DNA of 64,000 nucleotides from a virus. The notes beneath the pieces were generated by a model, which had not been told where the DNA came from, did not search any database, and saw only the letters and a program-made list of their open reading frames with translations. Below are positions 42,168-51,697 of the stretch, piece after piece (the first letter of the stretch is position 1; each line of letters begins with the position of its first letter). The translations under genes and the position numbers were made by a program. The stretch spans positions 117-64,116 of IMG/VR virus record IMGVR_UViG_3300016476_000584; one strand, given 5' to 3'.

Positions 42168-43604
42168 TCATGCAGCGAATGCATAACGTTCATCCATCAG
42201 AGTCTTCAGCATTACATTGTAAGGCGTGAAGTCTTCAAGATCGTTTGCCAGAACGCTCTTCATGATTGCAGGGCTGAAACCCGACACATGTGCAGTACCG
42301 CGGCTGTCGAACTGAACAGGTACGTTGCCGTAACCAGAGTTCAGGTTCCAGAACACGATCTTTGGCATAGCATAGCCAGCCTGCTCGTACTTGCGAGCAA
42401 TCATGTCCAGAGCACGGTCGTCATAGCGAGCGCAGTGGTCAAACTGCATATCGCTAAGGATCAGAAGGATACGAGGCATATCCTCAGGTGCAGCATTACC
42501 ATTTACGGCAACTTGCAGAATCTGATCGAAAGCAGCGTGTAGGTTAGTATTCATTTCCCAATGAGCAGTGCTCATGGTACGAATACGGTCACTCAGAGAG
42601 CCAGTCAGCTTTACCATAGTCGGACGACCAGAGAAAGTCTGGAACAGGTCTTTGAAAGGACCAGTGTTCTTGGAGCTAAGGTATAGACCTAGAGCAACTG
42701 CAACTTCGATTGGCTGTACGTGGCCAGGACGAGAGTAGCTAAGGCTACCCATCGAACCGGAAACGTCAACCATTGGGAAGACCATTGCATCGCCAACGTA
42801 GTTTGGAAGAGCATTCCACTGTTCGTTGGCTACCGCAGCGTTACCGTTAGCGACGCTTTTTACAACGTCATGAGGATAAACTGCGCTTGCGTTGATTTTG
42901 ACCTTAGGGTCACGCTCAGCCTGTGGCTTTTTCAGCTCCTGAATATAACGAGTATACGCTTCAGATGCGTTACGGCCAAAGGCTTTTTGGTAGCGAGCGG
43001 ATGCAACGCTAGGAACGTGAGAGAAATTAATCTCATTCCAAGTCTTAGCACACATCTGAGTCTCAACAACCTGAGTCAGACCAACGATTAGCTTACGATA
43101 AGCCTTAGGTGATAGGCCAAGAAACTTGGTCAGCTCTACAGCTACAGAGCCTTTGCGAGGCATCCACTTAGCGCACAGACCGTTCTGGTCACGAAGAGCT
43201 TGACCAATCATCTCAAACGCCGCAAGACGGTTTACGTGGTCAGTGTATACGAACAGGTCGTCCCAACGACCAAGCTCTGGAACCTTGTGCATGATGCGAC
43301 CAGCAAGGCTAGGATTAGCCTTTTCTAGTGCAGCTAGCAGATTACGGAAAGTCTGGCGCTCACCAGCACCGCCGCGAATATCACGAGCCCAAAGTAGAGT
43401 GCGAACGGCAAGTTCTTCGTTCTCGCCGATAGCAGCCATGAAATGCTGTGACACATCTTTGCCACGAGCCGAGCCAATCATACCAAAAAGGTCCAGTACC
43501 GCGCTAGAAGTGGTAGCGTGTGCACGCATACCGTTAGCGGTACGAGGAGTGAGGCTGTCATTTAGGACTGCGTTAGCAAAAGTGTTCATTTTATTTCCTT
43601 TCAA
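42168..43604 (-). CDS. vWA-domain protein, Ro60/TROVE-like
   Basis: 478 aa; MIDAS motif VDVSGSM in the C-terminal half; N-terminal helical region; Ro60/Rsr-like architecture. Confidence 0.4.
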   Translation of the reverse strand: MKGNKMNTFANAVLNDSLTPRTANGMRAHATTSSAVLDLFGMIGSARGKDVSQHFMAAIGENEELAVRTLLWARDIRGGAGERQTFRNLLAALEKANPSLAGRIMHKVPELGRWDDLFVYTDHVNRLAAFEMIGQALRDQNGLCAKWMPRKGSVAVELTKFLGLSPKAYRKLIVGLTQVVETQMCAKTWNEINFSHVPSVASARYQKAFGRNASEAYTRYIQELKKPQAERDPKVKINASAVYPHDVVKSVANGNAAVANEQWNALPNYVGDAMVFPMVDVSGSMGSLSYSRPGHVQPIEVAVALGLYLSSKNTGPFKDLFQTFSGRPTMVKLTGSLSDRIRTMSTAHWEMNTNLHAAFDQILQVAVNGNAAPEDMPRILLILSDMQFDHCARYDDRALDMIARKYEQAGYAMPKIVFWNLNSGYGNVPVQFDSRGTAHVSGFSPAIMKSVLANDLEDFTPYNVMLKTLMDERYAFAA

Positions 43605-43687
43605 AGATTTCTGGTTTGTTGCGGAGACTCCCGTCGTCCGCTATTAATGATGATAGATAATTTTATGCTGAAACAAACCGACGCTTA

Positions 43688-44134
43688 TCACATTTTAAAT
43701 GATTTAAGCATCCAGCGTCTTTTTTGTGTGGCAGTAATCATATCTTCTAGATGATTAGTGATGCCGTAGTTACCGACTGCATCAGCAGCTTTGTGTGCTG
43801 TGTACAGAGTGGCTAGTAGAGTGTCGTTGTCTGCAATCAGATTCTGGAACATCATTTCAACTGGAGGAACAGTTGTTTCTTCAGTGATGTTTGATAGTTC
43901 TGAGAATCTAGAGTATGAGAATGGGCTGTAGCTGTCTAGTGTGCGGATTTCTTCGGCTATAGCATCCGTATATCCATGAACTTCCTCATAAATCTCGCCA
44001 AAAAACTCGTGATATTCTGAGAAGTTTCTGCACTCTACGTTAATGTGGTAGTTGTGTGCTTTCATGTAAAATGTGAAAGCCGTAGCAAGAGCTACTTTTA
44101 GTTGATAAACTAAATCTTCATTATCTTGTTCCAT
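43688..44134 (-). CDS. dps: Dps (DNA-binding ferritin-like protein)
   Basis: FYMKAHNYHINVECRNFSEYHEFFGEIYEE...DAIAEEIR fits the Dps ferroxidase region. Confidence 0.6.
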   Translation of the reverse strand: MEQDNEDLVYQLKVALATAFTFYMKAHNYHINVECRNFSEYHEFFGEIYEEVHGYTDAIAEEIRTLDSYSPFSYSRFSELSNITEETTVPPVEMMFQNLIADNDTLLATLYTAHKAADAVGNYGITNHLEDMITATQKRRWMLKSFKM

Positions 44135-44212
44135 ATTTATTTCTCCTACGCTTTCTAGCGTTAAGAATAATATACACTAAGATAAACATGATGGCAAGAA
44201 GAATTTTAAAAT

Positions 44213-44329
44213 TGGTGCCCCCGTCTGGATTCGAACCAGAAACCTCTGCATTATCGTTGCAAAATTAATGGCTGTACGGATACACGACTGTATCCCTTTT
44301 AAGCGCTCTAACCATTGAGCTACAGGGGC
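44213..44329 (-). tRNA. atypical 117-nt tRNA-like gene with a ~41-nt insertion
   Basis: Acceptor GCCCCTG/CGGGGGC, a normal D-arm and T-arm (TCTGG-TTCGAAT-CCAGA) and CCA. Putative anticodon arm TTGCA-ACGATAA-TGCAG (GAU). A 41-nt insert containing hairpin GGATACA-GTCG-TGTATCC lies between the D-arm and anticodon arm. Confidence 0.4.
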
Positions 44330-44334
44330 TAACT

Positions 44335-44410
44335 TGGTCCTGACAAGTGGATTCGAACCACTCCTGTCTGATCCACAATCAGATGTGCTGACCGCTAACA
44401 CTATGTCAGA
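44335..44410 (-). tRNA. tRNA-His (GTG)
   Basis: Cloverleaf with anticodon loop TTGTGGA and T-loop GGTTCGAATCC; CCA encoded. Confidence 0.8.
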
Positions 44411-44416
44411 ATATAT

Positions 44417-44491
44417 TGGAGTCCCTAGCAGGAGTCGAACCCACATCATCGCGTTCGTAGCGCGGTGCTCTATCCATTGAGCTATAGAGAC
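44417..44491 (-). tRNA. tRNA-Arg (ACG)
   Basis: Anticodon loop CTACGAA; CCA encoded. Confidence 0.8.
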
Positions 44492-44492
44492 A

Positions 44493-44828
44493 TTAGTCGA
44501 ATTTAAAAGACGGAACTACATTAGAAAAAGTGTTCACTGTGCTATTAAATTGATTTGTAATCTTAAAAGGCGTGGAACCACTAAACTGAAAGCTAAAAGA
44601 CTGAGCAGTGATTCCGTTGCTATATGTAAAAGGCTTTTGAATATTCAGCCTTGCACTAGAGCCGTTTACAGATTTCATCTGTACGGTTACGCGTGACCCT
44701 ACATTCTGTGCGTAGGTGGACACACTATTTGAGAATACGGTTTCTGCTGATGCCGCAGAGGAGAGCAGCATCAGCAGAGGAATGAGGATACTTTTCATCA
44801 TCATTGTTTTTATATGGTGCCCCAGCAC
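44493..44828 (-). CDS. small secreted protein
   Basis: Signal peptide MMKSILIPLLMLLSSAASA; sits between tRNA genes. Confidence 0.4.
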   Translation of the reverse strand: MLGHHIKTMMMKSILIPLLMLLSSAASAETVFSNSVSTYAQNVGSRVTVQMKSVNGSSARLNIQKPFTYSNGITAQSFSFQFSGSTPFKITNQFNSTVNTFSNVVPSFKFD

Positions 44829-44889
44829 GGGATCGAACCGCGGACCTTTAACTTACTAGGTTATTGCTCTACCACTGAGCTACTAGGGC
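44815..44889 (-). tRNA. tRNA, isotype uncertain (anticodon reads AGT)
   Basis: Good acceptor, D-arm and T-arm; anticodon stem ATAAC/GTTAA with loop CTAGTAA. Confidence 0.55.
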
Positions 44890-45551
44890 AGATGTATTAG
44901 CCTAGACGCACAGCGGCTAGCTTAACACCTTTGAAACGCTTAGTAGCGCTTTCGCTTTCAGTACCTACTGCTACTACGCGAGCGATGCTCATTTCGTCAG
45001 TTAGCAGAAGATCGCCTACAACAACGTCGCCTTCAGTGCCTAGATAGGAGTAAACCTTACCTTGACCGTTGAACATAACGTCGAAAGTGAAAGCCATTAC
45101 ACGCTTGATTTGGTCAGCAGCGAAGGCTTCGTAAGTATTGGAGTCTTGCATTAGAAGCAAGAGTTTGTCGCCATCGTTAGCTTTGTATTCGCCATAACGA
45201 TTGCCGTCTACGGTTTTGTATAGTTTAACAGTCATTTCAGTTTCCTTTTTTACTGTGATTTCGTTTAATTCTTTTGCGGTGTTAGGCTCATACAGAACAA
45301 AATCGTCTTGTGTTCTGAAGCCTAGTTGTTTGCGACTGGAAAGGTATTCGCAGTGAATAGCGTACCCTTGTGCTTTTATCACACGCATTGGAGAAGTACC
45401 GTTTTTAAGACGTACAATGTCTCCCTCTTTAAATCGAGGGCCTACAATCCCACCGCTGTGTAATGTCTTACCACAACGCATAGCATTTAAAGCTATGCTC
45501 TTAGTCCAGCTATTAGATTCTAGACTAGGATTACTAGTCCAGATTATATTA

Positions 45552-46115
45552 TCAGGTTCCATCTCGCGTATCCCATGTTCCTATAATGCTCATAGCATTT
45601 TTCATATGTTTCATTAGCAAACCATTTTCGCTATCTGTCTTGATGTGGCGGCGAACGCCTAAAATTCGATCAAACTCATAGTCAGTGTCATCAAATATAA
45701 TATAGTCTTTTATTTGGCGACCGTCAAGATAATCTTTAATTTCGTGAGCACGAGTTTTACCGCGCTCATAATGATTGTCTGGATTAGTTTTCCAAGGACG
45801 ATTAAATTCACCCCGAAATCCCGCATTTCTAAAACTGGATATAATCCAATGCTCTAGCATTACATCGCTGGTGATTAAATGGTCTTTCCATGTAGAAATC
45901 AACATGAAGTACACACCATCAACACGGTCATGAATTTTATTCATGAACTCAATCGCAGTAGGGTCAAACTTATTCCATAAGTCCCGAGGATTAGCACTTG
46001 CGTACTGCACACGGGCTGAAGTAAAAACCCCGTCAATATCAAGGAACACTAGATATTTAACAGGGAGAATGTCTTTGTTATAATCCATAGTTTCCTCTAT
46101 TTTTGGTATCCCCAA
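45552..46115 (-). CDS. HAD-like hydrolase
   Basis: YLVFLDIDGVF DxDGV motif; the start may be the downstream Met to avoid the tRNA-Glu gene. Confidence 0.45.
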   Translation of the reverse strand: MGIPKIEETMDYNKDILPVKYLVFLDIDGVFTSARVQYASANPRDLWNKFDPTAIEFMNKIHDRVDGVYFMLISTWKDHLITSDVMLEHWIISSFRNAGFRGEFNRPWKTNPDNHYERGKTRAHEIKDYLDGRQIKDYIIFDDTDYEFDRILGVRRHIKTDSENGLLMKHMKNAMSIIGTWDTRDGT

Positions 46116-46180
46116 CGGGTGTCGATCCCGTTTCTCCTCCTTGAAAGGGAGGCGATCTAGCCAACGTAATCTATGGGGAC
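46104..46180 (-). tRNA. tRNA-Glu (TTC)
   Basis: Anticodon loop CTTTCAA with stem CCTCC/GGAGG. Confidence 0.7.
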
Positions 46181-46227
46181 GTTATAATTAATAATAGCTC
46201 ATCTTTTACCAGAGAGCAAGTTGTATT

Positions 46228-46306
46228 TGGTGGATCTTGCCGGAGTTGAACCGGCACTAACGTTGAGTTACAACGCCCCGCTCGCCTATACAGCAGTAAA
46301 GACCCA
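46228..46306 (-). tRNA. tRNA, isotype undetermined
   Basis: Acceptor GGGTCTT/AAGATCC, T-arm GCCGG-TTCAACT-CCGGC, CCA; anticodon arm ambiguous (CGTTG..CAACG stem). Confidence 0.45.
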
Positions 46307-46312
46307 TATATT

Positions 46313-46389
46313 TGGTTGTCCTTGGTAGACTCGAACTACCGACCTAAGAGTTATCAGCTCTTCGCTCTAACCACCTGAGCTAAAGGACA
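46313..46389 (-). tRNA. tRNA-Ile (GAT)
   Basis: Anticodon loop CTGATAA with stem AAGAG/CTCTT. Confidence 0.8.
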
Positions 46390-46800
46390 AAAATTCAGGG
46401 GGATGATTGCTTTGACATGCCCAACCCCAGGGGCACGGCTCATTTCATGAGCAAAACCAAAAAACAGTATACCATTTTTGGTTATTAAAAACTATTCTGT
46501 TGTCTTTTTATTAAAAACGTGATAGGATAATAGTGCGGAGAAAGGAAATGAAATCACTAATCATGTATATAGCTTTACCTGTAGTATTAATACTAACTTG
46601 CATCTACTTCATCGTATTCGGTGAAGATGTATATCGCTATCCTTGTATGGACCCTGCTAACTGGCAAACAGAAGAATGTCAACCGCCAGCTTGTGAAGCA
46701 ATGGGACTGTGCACAAAATATCTTATAGACATACCAGAATAGGTGTACAGTGAAGCTGCTACTCCGACTCTAGAATTTAGTAGTGACTTAACGGTCACAA

Positions 46801-47112
46801 GTGAGACCCCTAATGAGTAAATTACAAAAAGACGATTATATAGATTTACTTGAAGCCAAGCTTAAATTTATAGTAGGAATCTGTTTATCATTTACGCTAA
46901 CAGGTATAATATTTGCTGTGTTGTATTCTCTTATACACGTCACACAGCCGATGAATGCTTCAGCGCCTAATGACCAAAAGTTCTTTGAACTGATACAACC
47001 TATAGCAACATTCTTAACTGGAACACTATCAGGTATAATGCTGACTAGCTCCAGAACAATATCTCGCAAAAAAGACGAAGAAGAACAGGCTGAAGAAGAT
47101 GCCCAGGCTTAA
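46801..47112 (+). CDS. small membrane protein
   Basis: Two hydrophobic helices and a charged C-terminus. Confidence 0.4.
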   Translation: MRPLMSKLQKDDYIDLLEAKLKFIVGICLSFTLTGIIFAVLYSLIHVTQPMNASAPNDQKFFELIQPIATFLTGTLSGIMLTSSRTISRKKDEEEQAEEDAQA

Positions 47113-47188
47113 TGGTGCCTATGAACGGAATTGAACCGCTGACACGCGGATTTTCAATCCGCTGCTCTACCAACTGAGCTACATAGGC
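47113..47188 (-). tRNA. tRNA-Phe (GAA)
   Basis: Anticodon loop TTGAAAA. Confidence 0.85.
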
Positions 47189-47362
47189 ATTATTTAGAAG
47201 TGTCTAGTATGAACTCCTGTAAGGCTCTAGAACTACAGGATCTCACTGCTAGCGTATCTTGGCGGTGGGTGATCAATCCCGATGCCGTCGAGAGCTGATT
47301 TAAGGACGTTCGACCCTCTTCGAGGAAGAAACTGACCACAGCTACTAGACACGTCAAAATAA

Positions 47363-47438
47363 TGGTAAGCCCGGTGGGACTCGAACCCACGTCACATGAT
47401 TAAAAGTCATGTGCTAAAACCACCTCAGCTACGGGCCT
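47363..47438 (-). tRNA. tRNA-Lys (TTT)
   Basis: Anticodon loop CTTTTAA with stem CATGA/TCATG. Confidence 0.8.
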
Positions 47439-47885
47439 ATAAAGACTACTCGGAGAAACATCATCGTGTTTGTCGGAGTAGTCTTTTTTCATTTGTACCT
47501 TGGCATCTCTGCGAGCAGTTTTGTAAGGTTTTTGGTGAGCGCCGCTTTTGCGTTTCACCATGTGTTGCACGAATGGATCGCGCGGTTTAGGGAGTTTTTG
47601 AGGTTTCATTTCCATATCCTACTGATTTGAGCATTTTTGCTGTATTAGTTCTACGTTTAATCTCTGCACGAGGAAAGAAGCAGTCGCTTAGAGTATACTC
47701 TGCGTATACAAGTTTATGCTTCCAATAAGGTGATTTACGTTTAGAGGCTATGTCAACAAGATACTGCTTGTCTACAGACTTTGCTTCTAGATGCCACCAT
47801 TCACGTTTTTCGTATGGGATTTCATCCCAAACATCACTCACACTGTTGACCATGTAAAGATGATACATCTGAAATCCTTGTTGTA

Positions 47886-47969
47886 TGGTGGGTTGACTAG
47901 GAATCGAACCTAGCGTGCTTCTCAGCGACGGAGTTACAGTCCGCTGCCGCACCTTGCGGCGTCCAACCC
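47886..47969 (-). tRNA. tRNA-Tyr (GTA)
   Basis: Class II length; anticodon loop CTGTAAC. Confidence 0.7.
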
Positions 47970-48026
47970 ATTTTTTATCTCATACAAACAATATAACTGA
48001 ACTTAACCTAACAATCAAGGCGTTTC

Positions 48027-48473
48027 TTACAGCACGTAGACCACAGGGGAAACGTCTGTCAGTTCCGCTTCGATGATGCTAGCAACAATATCCCACTTAC
48101 CGCCACCTAGCTGTGCGCCAATTCTTGGCATCGCTAGCTGCTGACCTGCAATCTCTCGATTGATTTCAGCCATGCACTCTGCTACTGCATCGTAACTAAC
48201 ATAACGGCCTGGGTCATTGTATGCCTTAGCAAAATTCTTTTGCGTGATTGCGTTGATGATAACCTTTTCGCCGCAATCTACAAACTGAACAGTGCCTGGA
48301 ACCAATGCTTTGTTACGCATCCACAATGATAGATATTCGTTATAAGCACGAGGGTATAGATCACGAACCAGTTTGGCTACACCTTTACCCATAACACCTT
48401 GAGCATTACATCCGTGTACGATATGACGAATGTCAGTTTTAAATAGATCGCCTTGACGATATTCAATCTTCAC
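48027..48473 (-). CDS. macro-domain (ADP-ribose-binding / hydrolase) protein
   Basis: IEYRQGDLFKTDIRHIVHGCNAQGVMGKGVAKLV fits the macro-domain N-terminal pattern (GDIT..DAIVNAAN..GGGVA). Confidence 0.55.
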   Translation of the reverse strand: MKIEYRQGDLFKTDIRHIVHGCNAQGVMGKGVAKLVRDLYPRAYNEYLSLWMRNKALVPGTVQFVDCGEKVIINAITQKNFAKAYNDPGRYVSYDAVAECMAEINREIAGQQLAMPRIGAQLGGGKWDIVASIIEAELTDVSPVVYVL

Positions 48474-48832
48474 AATGAAACTCCATATTTACGGCAAAGT
48501 TCCCTAATTTTTGCATAATCTTGCTTGTGCTCAATGATATAGCTTTGCTCTAACATGAAAATCAAATCAGCTAGAATTTCTTCTTTAGACCGTTCCTGTT
48601 TCTTCGCCATTAATCAGTTCCATGTGTTTACGAATATATCGCATGAAGAGCATAGCTCGGTCAGTAGCTTTGAAAGTGGCAGTACCAATATCAGAGATAG
48701 GAACTGGAAACAAGAAATTTGTAGTGTTCGTTTCATACCACAGATTTCCATCGAAGTAATGTGAAAAGTTCACAACCCCTCGAACATGGTCTTTGAGAGT
48801 GTACATTGTCGTATCTTTCTTTTAAGTATATT

Positions 48833-48908
48833 TGGTGGTGTTGGTAGGACTTGAACCTACGACCCGTAGAATATGAGTCTACTGCTCTACCAACTGAGCT
48901 ACAACACC
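48833..48908 (-). tRNA. tRNA with CAT anticodon (elongator Met or Ile2/lysidine), copy 1
   Basis: Anticodon loop CTCATAT; G1-C72 paired. Confidence 0.75.
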
Positions 48909-49101
48909 GTATTTTTAACCTAGTTCGTACCAGAGACCCATAATTGTCCACTCACTGGCAACTTGTGCAGTCATTTCAACTATAGTTTTATCTCCTTCTT
49001 GTTGAACTACAGAAGGGTCTGCTCCGCTCTGACGCATCAGTTGCATATACTTTTCTAAATCGTGAGTGTAAATCCATGCTCTCATAGTATTCTCCTAAGG
49101 T

Positions 49102-49177
49102 TGGAGGTCGGGATGGGACTTGAACCCACATAATACGGATTTGCAATCCGCTCCATAACCAATTCTAGCACCCGACC
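49102..49177 (-). tRNA. tRNA-Cys (GCA)
   Basis: Anticodon loop TTGCAAA; perfect acceptor GGTCGGG/CCCGACC. Confidence 0.65.
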
Positions 49178-49399
49178 AAATAAAAAAACCCTCCTAAAAC
49201 CAGTTAGATTCTAGGAGGGTGTAAACAAACACTAACAAACCAATGAAACTATTGTTTCACGAGTTTGCCCCTCCGCTGGAGCTGTGATAAAAACGCTCGG
49301 TCTTAATCATGCAGGTGTTCATTATTTATCTCCGTAAAGGCTTGTTGCCTTCTGTTAAATTTAATATACGTTAAAAAAGTCCAATAAGCAAGAACAATT

Positions 49400-49999
49400 T
49401 TAAAACTTTTCTTGGATGAGCTTATTGCGAATTGTAGTGTGGATGCCTGGATTCACCTTCATTGCAGCAGGAACCATCACGTGACGGATGTAGTTGCGAA
49501 CGGCGAATTGAGGGTTAGCATTGGTAGGATCTTCATACCACGCGAGTTGCTTGCGTTGGCACCAGTCAACAAATTCAGATTTTCTTGTGGTACGGAAAGG
49601 ACGAATTACGTTAACATTACGATAGGCAATAGTCTGGTCACGCCCATTACACATATTCCACAGCCAAGTCTCAACGCAGTCGTCAAGGTGATGGCAGGTG
49701 ATTACGGTTCCGTTGATAGAGTGTAAAAACTGGTAACGCTCATTACGCCAGTGTTCTTCCCAAGACTCATCAGCTGGTTTCTCAGCCTTACCTTGCTTTA
49801 GCAGCAGAGGAAGTTGACGTTTCTCAGCAAACTGCTCTACAAAAGCCTGCTCCGCTGAGGAAATTTCATTTCCGTGGTTGATGTGCGCTAGCACTACAGT
49901 ATGATTGCGACGTAGAAAATCTACAACAGCAACACTGTCAACTCCGCCGCTGAACGCGACATACACTGTGCGAGGAATTTTGCCTTGAACGTGGATCAC
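49400..49999 (-). CDS. tilS: TilS-like tRNA(Ile)-lysidine synthetase, PP-loop catalytic domain only
   Basis: PP-loop VAFSGGVDS and LAHINHG...AEQAFV, matching the TilS N-domain; 199 aa, lacking C-terminal domains. Confidence 0.5.
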   Translation of the reverse strand: MIHVQGKIPRTVYVAFSGGVDSVAVVDFLRRNHTVVLAHINHGNEISSAEQAFVEQFAEKRQLPLLLKQGKAEKPADESWEEHWRNERYQFLHSINGTVITCHHLDDCVETWLWNMCNGRDQTIAYRNVNVIRPFRTTRKSEFVDWCQRKQLAWYEDPTNANPQFAVRNYIRHVMVPAAMKVNPGIHTTIRNKLIQEKF

Positions 50000-50044
50000 A
50001 ATTTATCTCCTTTGATATAAGATAACAGATCAACTACCCTCAGG

Positions 50045-50335
50045 CAACGGTTATTTCGATGAGGCCGGTGCGGTATCTACCAAGAGTTAACGACTCTTAG
50101 GCTGCCCATGCTCCGTTTGCAGTTAATTACTCTGCCGTGCTATCTAGCTAGCATAGCACGCTTTCCATACCTCAAAATTGTCAGAATCATTGGGGAAGCT
50201 GAGATTGCTCTCAGCGGCACCTTGCCATACTCCCCGTCAAAGATACACTGTTATGCTGATTTCTACTCCGAAGAGCTACGCACCTCAGCCAGTGTACCCG
50301 TGGCGGGGAGTACTGGAATCGAACCAGTCATTTTT
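50045..50335 (-). ncRNA. second permuted tmRNA-like / tRNA-like structured RNA (paralog of the 23.3-kb ssrA)
   Basis: Minus strand: ACTGG-TTCGATT-CCAGT-ACTCCCC-G-CCA, then an intervening hairpin sharing CACGGRTACACTGGCT...TAACAGTGTATCTYTGA with tmRNA 1, then a 5' strand GGGGAGT that pairs with ACUCCCC. A possible resume/tag is GCAAACGGAGCATGGGCAGCCTAA (ANGAWAA). Several downstream hairpins. Confidence 0.5.
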
Positions 50336-50724
50336 ATTTTTTGCTGTAATGATTCTATTAGTTGGTGTCGGCTTCAGATTATCACATTAACTTAGCTCAA
50401 TCTTTGCGCGAAGAGTACCGACATAATTGGTGGACACTTGGAGATTCACACTCCACAGACTAACATCTTTATTATCACCGCACTCTATGTGATTTATGGC
50501 GCTGTCAATCTTGACTCTTTACTGAGTGCCCTTATCTATGCCCCATCGTATTCGTACCCACACACGCTCATGTATGTAATACGCCACGGTCTGGACTATG
50601 TTCATGAGAATAGCTATATGAAAACCAACCCACCATGCTGCAATTAGCGTGGCAATGATTCGCCAAGTTATTGACTTGACGATAGACCTTTTGTGGGTTT
50701 CCAACCTATTTCTCCTAATTTATT

Positions 50725-50799
50725 TGGTGCGGAATGAGAGGGTCGAACTCCCGACATTCTCGGTGTAAACGAGACGCTCTACCACTGAGCTAATTCCGC
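50725..50799 (-). tRNA. tRNA-Val (TAC)
   Basis: Anticodon loop TTTACAC. Confidence 0.8.
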
Positions 50800-51229
50800 A
50801 ATCTATCTAGAACACTCTATTTTAAGACCGCTATTTTGGCGCTGAGACGCGCTTGGGTATAGAGTGTTAGGCTAGTTATGGCACGGAACTAGCAACCGCA
50901 TCTTTAAAGACATAAACGCCGTTTAAAATAAATAAATGACTCTCACACTTTGAGTCTAACATCTAGAATTGAGTGACCCGCCTTGCGGCTACCGTACATA
51001 GGTATCTAGAGCGAAGTGCTTACGCATAGCTTGCCGGAGCCGACTATCGTAAGCAGTGATTGGATCAATATCGCATACTATCCACAAGTTAATTCCTGGA
51101 TGGTCTGTGGACCTCAACGATACTATCCAACCCATTCATGATAATGTGTATTGCTACACGTTATTAGTTGCAGTATCCATCCAAGGAAGATTTGCTACGC
51201 TGGCTCTCCCTTGCCTCGATTGCTAAGGC

Positions 51230-51697
51230 TTACGCCTCAGTCATAATCCAAGCCTCAACGGCTTGTTTAATTCTAGACAATTCTGGATTATCTACGTATC
51301 CGCCTTTTGTCCTATCATAAATCTTAACAGAAACTTTGTCAGCTCCATACTTGGCAACCATATTAACTACACGGGGTAGAATAAAGTTGTAAAACTCAAA
51401 TTCACGCTCTGGTTTTCGCTTAGCTTCAACACTGAGGTAGCTAGTACCAGCAATGTAAGCACGAGCTAGAAAAGTTGCTCTATTTTCACGACGAACATCT
51501 TTTACTCGATGTTCACGCAGTGAGCTACGTTGACGGTGAGGTTTGCAAGTGTAAAGGTTGAGCGGCTCATTGGAACCTGTAGCCTCATGCTGACGTTGAT
51601 GCCATGCAACTTGCTTAGTAAGTTTGTGTTCTTCAAAGCGAATAATACGAGCTTCTTCGCCTAGGTGTTTTGATTTAATTTTTAGTTCTAGTGACAT
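51230..51697 (-). CDS. hypothetical protein
   Basis: 155-aa basic protein. Confidence 0.35.
   Translation of the reverse strand: MSLELKIKSKHLGEEARIIRFEEHKLTKQVAWHQRQHEATGSNEPLNLYTCKPHRQRSSLREHRVKDVRRENRATFLARAYIAGTSYLSVEAKRKPEREFEFYNFILPRVVNMVAKYGADKVSVKIYDRTKGGYVDNPELSRIKQAVEAWIMTEA

Noticed and set aside
44177-44449. 90-aa minus-strand ORF
   Set aside because: It overlaps three well-formed tRNA genes and is an artefact of GC-rich tRNA sequence.
47190-47390. 66-aa minus-strand ORF and possible tRNA between tRNA-Phe and tRNA-Lys
   Set aside because: There is no T-loop or acceptor pairing and no ribosome-binding site. Only a local hairpin (CCTGTA...TACAGG) is present, so it is left unannotated.
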